Shown here piece after piece: positions 26,235 to 38,769 of a stretch of 64,000 nt of DNA. The notes under the pieces are model-generated. The model was not told the origin of the DNA. It worked only from the letters and a program-made list of their open reading frames with translations, and ran no database searches. Both the position numbers and the translations under genes were made by a program. Position 1 is the first letter of the stretch. Each line of letters opens with the position of its first letter. Source of the DNA: Intoshia linei (Eukaryota > Animalia > Orthonectida); contig LWCA01000002.1 of the NCBI GenBank assembly GCA_001642005.1, positions 73,954 to 137,953 of the forward strand. The letters run 5' to 3'.

Positions 26235-27560
26235 ATGAATTTAAGAAGTCAATATAGACGGCATCGCACAACATTTACGTTTGATCAGGTACAATAAAAA
26301 ATATCAATATGCATTTTAAATACTAAATATTTTAGTTGAATATTTTAGAAAATCAATTCAAAATAACACAATATCCCGATGTACTCACCAAAAACATAAA
26401 CATTACATATTTTTTAGATTTTTGTTCGTGAATATTTGGGTAATATGATGCATTTAAATGAAGCTAGAATTCAAGTAAGGAATACGTAATTTATAATTTA
26501 ATTGTATTGTTTAATAACAATAATAATAAGTATAAATTTATCATTTATTACCTTTATATCAGCGATCCCAATTATTAAAAATATACTGGGTTGATAATAA
26601 ACAATTAACAATACAATATAAATATGCATATTGCCTGTGAATAAAAATTACAAAAATTCCGCCAAAATAATTTGAGACATATTTTTATCAATACGGTAAC
26701 ATTTCATATTAATAGTAACTAAACATATCAACAAAAAGTTCCAAATATATTGGCTATTATCACAGTAATAAAAAAATGGTAGTACGTGTTTAAAATTGTA
26801 AAATTTAATTTTTATCCAAATAATTCTGAAAACCAATTTTCAAAAAAAATAAATCCATTAATAAAATTTTAGTGATTAGTAAAAATTATAATTAAAATAA
26901 ATTTATTTTAAAAAATATATATTTTATTGCGCCATTTAAAAAAATTGTGCAACAGGCAATATTTTTACAAACATGCATTTTCATTTTGTAAAATGTAATC
27001 ATTATTTGATGTGATTGTTTTATAAACGTAATTATTGAATTTAAAACTACATGCAGACATGTATTATTATTTTAGGTTTGGTTCCAAAACAGAAGAGCCA
27101 AGGAAAGAAAAAAAGATACACCAAAAATGAATGAAATTGATTCAAAAATCCGAAATGCGACAAATTATAAAATGCTACGCAATAGTTTTCTTTTACAGTA
27201 TATTGCATTAAAAAATATGGAAAAAATACAAGAGAATTCTAAAAAAAAGTACACAATAGATTTTTTAAAGGTTTCCAATGGTATTTCATTTTTTACGATT
27301 TTTATTGTTTATAATGTAAATTTTTAAATGAAATGAAAATTTTAGGACACCCGAAAATGAAAAATAGACCTAATAAAATTCACAAACGATACGTAGTATA
27401 ATAATATGTCATATAATCCGAGCCGCCTATATAATGCTTTTGACATTTTAAATTTAACACAAAATAGTTATCATATTCAAGAATATAATTTTTTAATACT
27501 CAATTTGTTAAAATAAGACTACCATTTTACAAAAATTTCGTCGAGCCCCTAAGAGGCCTC
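26235..27560 (+). CDS. PRD-class (paired-like, Q50) homeobox gene
   Basis: Exons 26235-26288, 26336-26380, 26418-26474 and 27076-27280 splice to RRHRTTFTFDQ|LNILENQFKITQYPD|IFVREYLGNMMHLNEARIQ|VWFQNRRAKERKK. The ORF track misses it. The 3' end is approximate. Confidence 0.92.
26629..26963. mobile_element. MITE with atattgcctgt TIRs in the homeobox intron; relatives at ~43679 and ~51612-51925
   Basis: atattgcctgt ... acaggcaatat inverted ends with subterminal ttgcgcca. Confidence 0.6.
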
Positions 27561-28227
27561 GAATACGGTAGGTTTGGCTCTGTTCATAGTATCGGTTAAT
27601 TACAATTAGAGTCAACTACTAAGAAGGTTTAAATGTTCTTAAACGAGTCTTAACGTATATAAATTTATAGTGAAATAATTGAAACTAAATATTTTAATTA
27701 TTTTCAATATTATTAAAAATCTAATATAATTTACGATTGGAAATCTGAAACATATACAAATTTACAATAATAAATAATTTAATATTTCACTAGTATCAAA
27801 AAACTACACTTAATTGAAAATATAATGAAAAATTGAATATTGTATTGTTTGTTAAAAATATATTTGTGTCATAGTATATTGAAATTCACTCGAGATATTA
27901 TTATCAGGAAACCAAGATTTAAATTTTAAATCAATATGATATCAAGCTTATATACATAACATGACATTTACATTAATACAATTGTGTTTGCTTGTCTATT
28001 GTTTTATGTTAGTGTAAATTAGTTAAAATGAATTTCTAAATTTCTTTTTAATAATGAACTGTAAATGAGAACATTGCAATTCAAAAATTAACGAAAAATA
28101 AACAAAACAAAAGAATTTTTCAGTTTATAAAATGAAAATTGGTTTAAATGATATTGTAATGACTAAACATTAACACATAATTTTTTATGGAGATTTGTGA
28201 ATAATTTAAATCTAATTACATTTTCTA

Positions 28228-29867
28228 ATGGTTTTAATGACTGATTGCTACAATAACATTAATTTGATACGCGGGCCAGATGGTAGTGTCAACTATAATG
28301 TTTCTTCGTTGTATAGACCTTCGTCTATCATTCAACGCAAAAATAACATTTTAGCGGAATATGGAGTATCTGGGAAGAAGAATACTAATCTTCCGTATGT
28401 ACGAGGTGCCAGGCGAATGCATATCACTACTTTTAGAATGGATCATGATTTTTTTCATGGTATTTCACCTAAGCACTATATTACCACAAACAAAATGGTA
28501 CGTTCATGTATATTTGTAATGATCGTTTGTAAAATATTTAGCTGTACTACAATGATCAATATAGAATTTATCAAAAGCCTACTGTTGATAATGCAACACG
28601 TAATGATTCCAAAAATATTTATGCAAACTTGAATAATTTGGTAAAATTTGAAAAAAAATATCTTTCAGATGTTTATAAATCAACCAACACGACAGAGTTC
28701 ACCGGCAAAGACAATGAGGATGTAATTTTTTAACATTACTTATAACTCAGATTATCACATGATTTTACAGTGTACAACAAATTTTTTGGTGAATAATAAT
28801 TATAATTGTTTTGGATTTTATATTGAAGATTCATAATGAGAAACATTAATAACTTATAAAACTCCTAAGGATCCATTAATGTCATAAAGTTAAATGATTA
28901 ACTAGGGTAGAGGTGGAGAAAGTGCGTCATTCTGAATTATTTTTAAAATATTTATTTTTGGTAAAATGGGATTTTCAGAAAAATATTGGTAAAAACGGTT
29001 TTTTCCTTAATGGTTGGTAAAATCGAGTTTTTTCTTTTGGTCAGGTAGGGGGATTTTTCAAAAAAAAATATTAGAAAATAGGATTTTTTCCATAAGGGTT
29101 AATAATCTAAAATTTTCGTATTCACCCCTAATAATAAATAATAAAATATCTCACCCCTTGAGGTGACCAGTCACTTCATGAGAAGCACTGCTGTATTTGA
29201 TTACATTTCATTTAGAAAGGTGCGGCCTTCGAACAGTAAATGCTTCCCCACCTCTGAACTAATGTCTGATTTTTCTTGAAAACACATCGAGATTAAAAAA
29301 ATGTATTTGAATCAGGCTATCTTAAACAATCAACGTTACTATAATCCTCAGTTCAGTTTCCTTTAAAGTAGATACTTTTGATTAATAAAATTGATTTTAT
29401 AACAATTTTATCGCTTTAAAAATAAAAATTGAATCAAAAAGTAGTAAATTCATTTTATTTTTTTTATGAAAAAATTTTTCGGTACATTGCCAGCAAGATG
29501 TGAAACCTGATTTAAATTTTTAAAGTACATGTATATTAAAATATATACATGTATAGTATTTGAAAATTTAATTAATAAAGCTAAATTTCGTTAACAGAGA
29601 AATGCAATGATTGAAAAAGCCCAAGAATATAACGATAGAATGAAACGAGGAAATATAAATTTACATTTTGTAAATTCTAATAATACTAGTCCAACCACTG
29701 AAAAATGGACAAATTATAAAAGAAATTATGGAATATTGGGTGCTCTGACTTGTGCGAGTAATGCACCTCGAAATGTCAACATTGAAACAAAAAAATTTCA
29801 CAAAAAAAGTAGAGATCTAGCATTATATAATGAAAGAAGATTACTCACGCTACCCCTTATTAGCTGA
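28228..29867 (+). CDS. Hypothetical protein, multi-exon
   Basis: Open segments 28228-28497, ~28542-28640, ~28669-28721 and 29598-29867 bounded by GT/AG; joining them into one gene is inferred; no family recognised. Confidence 0.5.
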
Positions 29868-29910
29868 ATGTTAAAAATTTATTTACAAATTTTAAAATCA
29901 AGATTTTAAT

Positions 29911-32900
29911 CTATAAGCTAGAACTGTGTAAAGCCAATGTTACTAATGCTGCATCTTCTAATGAATTTGTCGCTTCTTTTTCATTCAATAATAATTTTAT
30001 CTAAATTTTGTTTAATTGTTTATAATAAATATTGTAAATGTTATAAATTAGTGATCGACAAACTGGCTCGCGATTTTTTTTAAATTATATAATAATTTGA
30101 AAATTAAAAAAAATTAATTATTTACTAATTGAATAAATTTAAATCCTCACACAGATCAAACTAAACTGATAAACAATTACATGTTTTATAAGTCCCAAGT
30201 ATTCGTGTCATGAATCCTCAAAGAGTTATACTCTAAATTAAAATATAACCTTTTTCATGGTAGGTTCAGATGATTTGCTAAGAGAAAATATACTTTGAGA
30301 TTCGAGCAATTCACAAGAATAGGCAAAATCAGACAAAACTATAGGACGAATTCCTTGTAGTTTGCAAATATTTCGGTATTTTTGATAAATCTAAAAATTT
30401 TATTAAATTACTCAAGAAATGATTGCAATTTTAATGCAGAGTAAGACTTATCATGCTTAAGGTCCCGAAAATAAAAAATATTTCTCAAACGATGCGCAAC
30501 TCAATTTTTCCATGGTGAAACAAGTTTGTGAACTACTCCTTTAAAGGATTATTAATAGTGAATAGTAGCATTTTTATGTAAGATTTTAGCATTAAATATA
30601 TTTTTGGGGTAAAATTAAAAAAGTTTGCCCTCGGCAGAGCTAGCTACCACTTGTACAAAAATGTTTGTCAGCCCACTTTAAAAAAAATGTTTAGAAAAAC
30701 TATTATAAAATAGAAAATATTCAATGTTTTCGATACTTATATGATATGTATTAAATATTATAATTGGATAGTCTCATGTAATTTAGATTATGTTAAGATA
30801 AACAAAAATATATATTATAAATATTAAGAATTAATTTACCTTTGATAATGCAATATTTTTAAGTTTTAATTTTCTTGATAGCATGAGATAGGAAGTGATG
30901 GCTAATTTTTGTACCAAGGGCAATTTAAGTCTTGAATCACGTAAAAGTGTATTTTGAGTAGTTTTGTTCAATGTAGACATAATAGCCATGGGTCCAACCG
31001 ATTTTCGTTTAGAGCAATCTAATAATAAAAATTACAATAATTGTGAAAATTTCAGAAATTTAAAACGTATGCGTGAATTGAGCTCAGTGGTTTTCAACCT
31101 TACTCAGACAGTGTCACCAATACGTAAACTTTAAAATGTTAAACAAAAACTACATCAAAGTGTAAAATTGTACCAATGAAATGGAACCGATATTTTTAAA
31201 TGTCAAAATCTAGTACATCACTAGTAATATTGTGTCAGACACGTTGAAAACCATTCAGTGGTTATAATAACTAAAGACAAACCAAATAATTAATTTTTTC
31301 TCAAAATTAGAATAATTTCCAATTGTTAATTTCAAAAATAGGGATTATAGACACTTAACTACAATATAACTACCCTAGCCTTTAATTATCAACAAAAATT
31401 GAAACACTGTAAAGTATCCATAAATCCTTCAATAGAAGTATCAGATTCTAACCACATTAATGCATTTGAACAAAGATCTAGAGCGTTTCTGATATCACCA
31501 GCAGATGCAGAAATTTTTCTGGCACATAATTCGATTGCAGATTTATCAATTTTTTCAAATTTTTTAGTCTAAAATTTAAAATACATTAAAAAAGGTTGAG
31601 TAACCTTCAAAGTTCAATTTTAGAGATACTCGTAATTTCAAAATTATTCATGTTAATTTAGTCTTTTGAACAAAAACTATATTTTAATTACGCTTAAAAA
31701 TGTCAAACAAGACGGTAACAGAGCCGAACCCTTGGGATTAATTAGACTCTTGGGCCTACGTTTTGAAAATTGAGCATTAAAATTTTTTTTTGGAATATTA
31801 TAACTATTTTGAGGGTGATATTTAAACTGTCAAGTTCAGACCCGTAAAGAGGTGGTTTGGGTTATATAGCATAATACATCGTTTTTAAACATTTTGATTT
31901 TCGGGTGGCTTCGAGCAGGGTAGGTTCGGCCCTGGTTACTAGTTCTGTCTAAAGTTTTGTAGCATGCTATAATAAGTAGCACCTATTCTATTATAATAGA
32001 ATACTAATTAGAAATATACCATATAAATTCTATCTACAATAATATCATGTATTTGATTGGACGTGTACGGTTTAAATGTGATGCATTCTGCTTCCTGGTT
32101 TAAATAAAGATGAATAATGTTTGGTAAAACATCTTGACCAAAATTTAAAGAATTACAAATTCCTATAATTGCCAAATTATTTACAGAGAGTAACTGAAAT
32201 ATTTTGTACAATTTTTCGTAATTTTTATCTTTTAATTGATCAATTTCATCAAAGATTAGGAATCTAAACATATACTTATACAATAGTTTATAAAAAAATT
32301 GAAATTATTTTTCTATTCAACTAAGTAAACTTTTTTGAGAAAACACCGTGGTACCGGGTTACATGTAAATTAGTGACCCCTATATACATATTAAAAAATT
32401 TGATTCCTCTATCCATTGTTTAACTTTTGAGCGTTACCGTGTTGGAGGAAAAATTTCTTGCCACCATATAAAAAATTTTGAAATTATTAAATTAGAATAG
32501 TAGACTCCGTGATGATCGGGGCCCTCTCCATGACCTTGTGTAACTTTGTAAGTTCCCCGGTATTGATATAATATATTCGATATAATTTTAACTTATATAA
32601 TATGTTACGCGCTTTTTGTATGTGTGTGTGTTCCACTTTATTGAAATAACTACCAGTTTTAGAATTTTATAAAGTCCACATCGTTTATTTCAATAACTAC
32701 CAGTCTTAGAATTTTATAAAGTCCACATTTCAATTACAGTTCTTTCCGGGACGTATAATAAGATAAATTTCAACCTCCCAATTTCATATCTTACGGGTCA
32801 AAAACCCCAGTTGACCCTCTTTTTGAAAATCAAACGCATTGCAGAATTTAAAAAATATTATATATATTAGAGTTCTGCATTACGATCTATATAAAATTGT

Positions 32901-33970
32901 AGGTTATAGACAGGACGCGAACACGTTTTAAATTGAATGCGGACCGCGTTGCAGTACTCTACAGTAGTTTGTATGAATAGTTTTATAAACAAAATCTTAA
33001 ATAATAAATGTTACGTCACATGTTGTTGATCCCTTAGAATATTACAAATTTTTGATATGTATGAATCCATTTTCATTGAAGATTGTCTTTCAACTAATAC
33101 ACGTACACGTTTCTTAACTTTTTTCTTGAAATGTTTCATAATAATTTCAAAAATTTGAGAAATTTTACAATTCTGTAAACAGTTGATATAAATCATTTGG
33201 TAGTCATTTTTAAAGTTGGAAAATGCATGTTGAGTTAATATAGTTTTTCCTGTTCCAGGGTTTCCTTGTAAGGTTAAACAACCACTTTTTGTTTTTAAGC
33301 ATTTCAATAAAAAAGCTTCAATTTTTAACAGTTCTTGTTCTCTACCAATAATCCTTTTTGGACGACATTTTGATAGTGATAATATGATATCACTTAAATC
33401 TAAAATTATATAAAACTAGGGTTAGTGTTAATGCAATTAGTATGTTTTATAACGAGGTTTATTGACTCAGTATGGTATATTTCTAGGTTTCAAATTTAGA
33501 CTAAAAAAATGTAGTTCATCATGAATGAAATGACAAGTTAGTGTTAATCAGCGGTTTCTAAACCTTTTCCGTTTACATTAAAAATATACATTGATTGCTA
33601 CTGTCATTAATAATTGAATATATTAAGTTAATATATTAGTTAATAATTAACTAATATGATGATTTGACAGTTTAAAAAAATAATTTTTTTAATGCTCAAA
33701 TTGGAACTATGTCCCAGTTTATAAAAATTTCGTAGAGCCCGAAGAGGGGCCTCCATACAATAGGCTCGAATTTACATATGGACCAATTTGATAGCCAAAG
33801 TTTGGTTTGAAAAATACTGGGTTGGAAACACCGGCACATATTATGTACTACATAAGTATATAAATAACATATTTTATCATGAATAAAGATAAACTACCTT
33901 CTTGATCGTTTTTAATAGGCGATACGGATTTTAAACTAGTTAGGTCTATTGTTCTGCGAGTTTGAACCAT
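29911..33970 (-). CDS. CDC6: Cell division control protein 6 (AAA+ replication licensing ATPase)
   Basis: Walker A GNPGTGKT, Walker B LIFDEIDQL, sensor-1 GICNSL, FKPYTSNQI, sensor-2 GDIRNALDLC, winged-helix LPLVQKL, N-terminal CDK site SPIK. Exons: 33898-33970, 33015-33399, 32020-32263, ~31407-31568, ~30840-31018, ~30250-30390, 29911-30000. Confidence 0.92.
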
Positions 33971-34115
33971 TTAATTGTATAATTTAATAAATTGAGTCAA
34001 AACAAATTTTCATCGGCGCAATTATAAAATTTGCAAAATAATAAAATCAACTAATTACCATGGCTGATATTGTGATTTATATTTTTGTTTGTAATTTAAA
34101 GATTAGATTCTAAAC

Positions 34116-34768
34116 CAGGGGTCTAGAGTTACTAACATTAAGTTATTCTCAAGTTGAGATTCAACCCGAATTTTTGAGCGAAGTGTGTTATTTTTTTTGT
34201 TATTTAAAAAAATTTTTGGGGTCCTCTTTTACTTTGGGGTCTCTTTTTTAAAAAATAATGACAGTTTACACACAATTTTTATTGCAAATTTTAAAATAAA
34301 TATTTTAAATTTTTTATAATAAATATCAAATAGTACATTTCAAATGACTTTGATTGAAATAATTAAATTACCCTGAGAAATTTCACTTAACCCTGCGCCC
34401 TGAGTTGAATTTGAAAACCCGAAATCTCAGGGGAAAAATGACGCAGTTGGCAACCCTACAGGGGTCGGCAACCTTTTGCATCTTGTGGGTCACTTTTTTA
34501 ATAAAAAAATTATATGGGCCCGTTTTTAGAAATGTAGACGTGATAGATTTTAATTTTAACTGAAGAGAAAAGTTTCTAGTATATTCAACAAAATAGAATC
34601 CGGGACGATCTGAAAATTCAGTATTAAAATGATTGTAATGAGCCAGTTTAAAACGGTGTTTTAAAGTTTAAAATTTAAAAATGAATAATTTACATATTTA
34701 CTCAAAGGGCCACCAAAATTATTCTGTCGGCCACTTTTGTCTCGCAGGCCACTGGTTTCCGATCCCTG
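34116..34768. mobile_element. hAT MITE whose left TIR is interrupted by a second hAT (Blackjack-like) MITE at 34124-34458
   Basis: Inner TIRs tagagttactaac / gttggcaacccta are flanked by the 8-bp duplication caggggtc. Outer TSD ttctaaac / ctttaaac. Confidence 0.88.
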
Positions 34769-35175
34769 CTTTAAACCATAGTGTCTCAACTGGGGTACAT
34801 AGCCGTTAGGTAAGTGAAACATTTTATAAATTTGATTTATTAGTTTTATTTTTTGTGTGGTGCATTAATTAGAAAGTTTTACAAGATTAAATTAAATTTT
34901 GGGGGACTCATTTAATTTTGTTAGATCAGACTGAATTATAATCTATGACAAAGACAAAAAACGGATATATAGGTTCCTTATATACAGTAACTGTATATTC
35001 ATAGTAGCCGTAGAAATAATGTATCGAATCATAGAATACAAGTCATCAAGAATACAAGATTATTAATTTAATTCCACACCTAGAAACGAAATTGCATTCC
35101 AATTTATTAAAATCACGAATAATCGATTTTAATCAACTATCAAGATTTTTCTCATAAAATAGAAATATACACAAA

Positions 35176-38046
35176 ATGGCAAAAAATGTACATTATTTTA
35201 GCGTTTCCTAACCTTTTCACTCAAATCGATGATTAGTATTTCAAAAATTATAAAACCAACAATTTGGTTCTTACCAAGGTTAAATAGTACCTGGAATTAT
35301 GTTAATCCTTCATTTTTTAGTGAATTAATTATATTTTTCTAAAGAATAAGAGGCTGAGAAACGCTACATTGCTAACAAAAATATTCTAATAAAATTTACT
35401 TTAGATAAATAAAGAAAATTTATTAGAACGTATCAAATATAGTTACATTTTAACTAATTTATAGATATAAATATAGCATTCCATTTATTTGACACTTCGG
35501 GAGATGGATTCATTAATTCATCAGCAGTTGGGCGTCTTATGCGTTCCATAGGGTTGCACCCAACTGAAAAGCATATTTCTGATATTATAGAAAATATTAA
35601 TCAAAACAGTAATAATAACTATCATACGTTTAAAATATGTTTAATATGTTATGAAACGTAAAAAATTTCAGATATTGTCGGGCAACATTACAAATCAATG
35701 CATTGTATTATGAATTACTCTATCTTAAAAAAATCACTCTATGAAAAACATCAGTATACATCTACAAGTGTTTCCCAGCCTTTTTTGAACAATCGTCCCT
35801 TTGACATTATTTTTGAAAAGAACCACTTAATAAAATTTTGTAGTCATCTACAACAGTGGTTCTTAACGCTAGGTGATTTTTCTATATTATTTCACAAAAT
35901 GCATAATCTAAAAAGTATTTTTAAATTAACAATTCCTTCAATTTCTTCGGTAATAACATACAAAAATATTTTCTAGGGGTCGCTTCTTAAAAAAATTAAG
36001 AAACACTATATCGCAGTGTTAGAGTTATAATGTTCTATCTGCATTTTTGTCAAAAATGAGGTTTTTGGTGAAAAATGTTTTAAATCATATCCTTTAAATT
36101 TTTACCAAAAAAATTAAGCCTGAAAACGTATTATTTTATGATATAAGGAACATTTACTGGTTCAATTACTAAATCTCGACTTGATAATTCCTATTAAAAA
36201 TAACCTCACAGATTCTAAAAAGAAAGATATTAAAAGTATGTCAAAATGGACAATGAGTAAAGAATTTTATAATTTATACATATAAATTGATAAAAATGTT
36301 AAATGTTAATAGTTTTTATAGAATAATGTTTTATTTGCAATTTTTTCAAATCAAATAGTTAGAGCAATGGTTCTCAACCCGTGTTCCGTTATTTAATTGG
36401 GGTTCCGTTAAATATTAATGCGATATTTTACAATTTAATGTTTTTCTAAATTACTGTTGTTGTTAATTTTATATAAATATATTCTTTAATAAAAATTAAA
36501 TATAATATCTAATATATAAAACCTCTGTAAAAAATATCAGGCCGAAATTTCTCATTGAGAAGGAAAAATAAATTTCATTATTAAAAAATTTATGTTTTCA
36601 ATATTAGAAGCGTCATTTTTTAATTAAAATTGTTTTATATATGCGACATGCGGAAAAAAATTTTGATCATGCTTTTAGGTGCTGCGATTTTTTGAAATTT
36701 CATAAGGGTTCCGCGCAGTAAAAAAGGATGAGGAACACTGAGTTTTAAACTGATTGTTCAATGAGTGAAATTTAAGTTTTGAAAAACACTTGTTTTTATT
36801 TTTATCGTACGTAACTTTTCAATATACATACTGTGTCAAATTTTTAGGCAAATCATATAAAGCTATGTAATACACTCAAGATCTAGCCAAATATTTATTT
36901 TTTTTCTTTTATATATATAATAGATTACAATTTTATATATATAAAAATATTCCATGACTTCTTAAAAAAGATGATCTAATATTTAAAGCCATAAAACCAT
37001 AACAATATTTAAAAAACTACTAAAAAAATAAAATAATATTGAATTTACGCGTTCGTTAATCAAAAATTCGTTAAATACTAGATATTTAGGCATTTATATA
37101 GAAAATAAAATTTCGACATTCGTTAAATGAGATTTTGACTGTATATATATATAATAAGGAAAAACGTATAAAGTGGGCAACAACTTACTTAAAAACAAAT
37201 TTTGAAACAGTGTTGTTCACTGACGAGTGTCGTGCAACGTTAGATGGATCATATGGATGGTCAAGAGGTTGGGTACTGAATACTGCTGAAACACCTTCAA
37301 GGATGCGTCGACAACAAGGTGGTGAAGGTGTTATGTTTTGGGCATAAATCATTGGAAATGAAGTATTAGGACCATTTCATGTTCCCAGTGGTTTAGATTT
37401 ATCTTTTTAGATCTGCCTAATAAATGGATACAGTGTGTACTTAACAAATATTAACAAACTATAGTACAAAGGAAAGGCAATAGTACTTTTAAACTTTAAA
37501 TTAGATTCATTCAAATAGAACATTATAACTCTAACACTGCGATATAGTAAATTGTATAAATCTAAAAATGATATTTTTTATATTGAATTATAGAGGGGTG
37601 ATTCTGAAAAAGGTTTTAAACCACTAATGTACATGAATTTTTCAACATTCCAATATGTATTAGTGAAATTTATTGTTTGACCCCTATTCTATAAAACCCT
37701 GATTTTTGTATTTATCCAAACACATTAAATGTTTAGATGAAGGCTCATGTGACGCAAAGCGCTTATCAGAATTATGCATACAATATATGGATAAACTGGT
37801 TGTAACAAAATCAGATTTATTGGCATCATTTCAAATGTTGGACAAGGAGGGGAATGGTTTAATCTCAAAACAAGATCTGCGCTCATCCCTAATATCAATT
37901 GGAGAAGGTTGCAAAGAAGAGGACATTGAAGGAATTTTACACGAAATAACTTCTGACGTGGACGGATACATAAAATATAAAGGTAAACATTAAAAAAAAA
38001 TTTAATCTAAAGTAAATGTTTAGAAATGGTTGATATTTTGTTGTAA
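35176..38046 (+). CDS. Calmodulin-like / myosin-light-chain-like EF-hand protein
   Basis: Exons 35176-35187, 35405-35429, 35465-35608, 37737-37982 and 38024-38046 encode AFHLFDTSGDGFI..VGRLMRSIGLHPTE and SFQMLDKEGNGLIS..DVDGYIKYKEMV. Confidence 0.88.
36005..37548 (+). mobile_element. Tc1/mariner-superfamily element (DD37E/TRT-like fragment) with perfect 34-bp TIRs, in the calmodulin-like intron
   Basis: actatatcgcagtgttagagttataatgttctat (36005-36038) and its exact reverse complement (37515-37548). Transposase remnant VLFTDECRATLDG..RRQQGGEGVMFWA* at ~37160-37400; nested hAT MITE at 36365-36740. Confidence 0.82.
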
Positions 38047-38097
38047 TTAACAAATTCACTAATAAATAAAATATTTTTACAATTTCCTATAAATTCC

Positions 38098-38690
38098 TTA
38101 TTTGGTATTTTCAGAATTGCAGTTTGGAAAGGTAACAAGAAGTAGCGACAGGTTTTGGTCGTCACCACGAGTAATTATATGTAATATAATGGCAGCTTGA
38201 ATCGCGAGAACACGATCGTGGCATTTTTCTCCATCAAACATGTCCCAGTACACGGTATGTTCCCAGAGATGTTTTACAAAGCACACTCGACTTTTGTACA
38301 TTTTATCTAGGTCAAGTTTAAAAATATCAAAACTTATAAATTATAAATCTTACTGCAAACGGGACAAAGTCCAATTCCGTTGATTTTATAATTTTGAATA
38401 ATTTTAACAATGTGGTTCAAAGTCAAACTTCTTGCAAAAAGCGTCAATTTGAGTTTTTTTTCTTTACTTTTAATTTTAATAATTTTTGGGCTAGTTGAGC
38501 ACTTTTTTACATATTTAATTCGATTCTTTTGATTTTTCCATACAAGTGGATCCACAATCATTTTTTTGAGGCATTGTGTATTTGATATTTCCATTTTTTT
38601 TAGTTTTTGAGAAAATGATTGTATTTTATCGTTGGATTCGCCCACTTGATTTAAAATTGTGTGGTTTTCTTTAACAGAACAGGTATTCAT
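38098..38690 (-). CDS. Single C2H2 zinc-finger protein, two exons
   Basis: Removing the 47-nt intron 38307-38353 joins two ORFs into CPVCNKMYKSRVCFVKHLWEH (C-x2-C-x12-H-x3-H). Confidence 0.82.
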
Positions 38691-38769
38691 ACTCGTAAAT
38701 AAATTATCGTGAATAAAAATAAAACGTGAAAAAAGGCAATAAAGTTATACAATTAACTTTAAATTGAAA

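Noticed and set aside
32647-32728. Tandem duplication aataactaccagt.ttagaattttataaagtccacat
   Set aside because: It is a local duplication within a Helitron copy; the full-length element has one unit.
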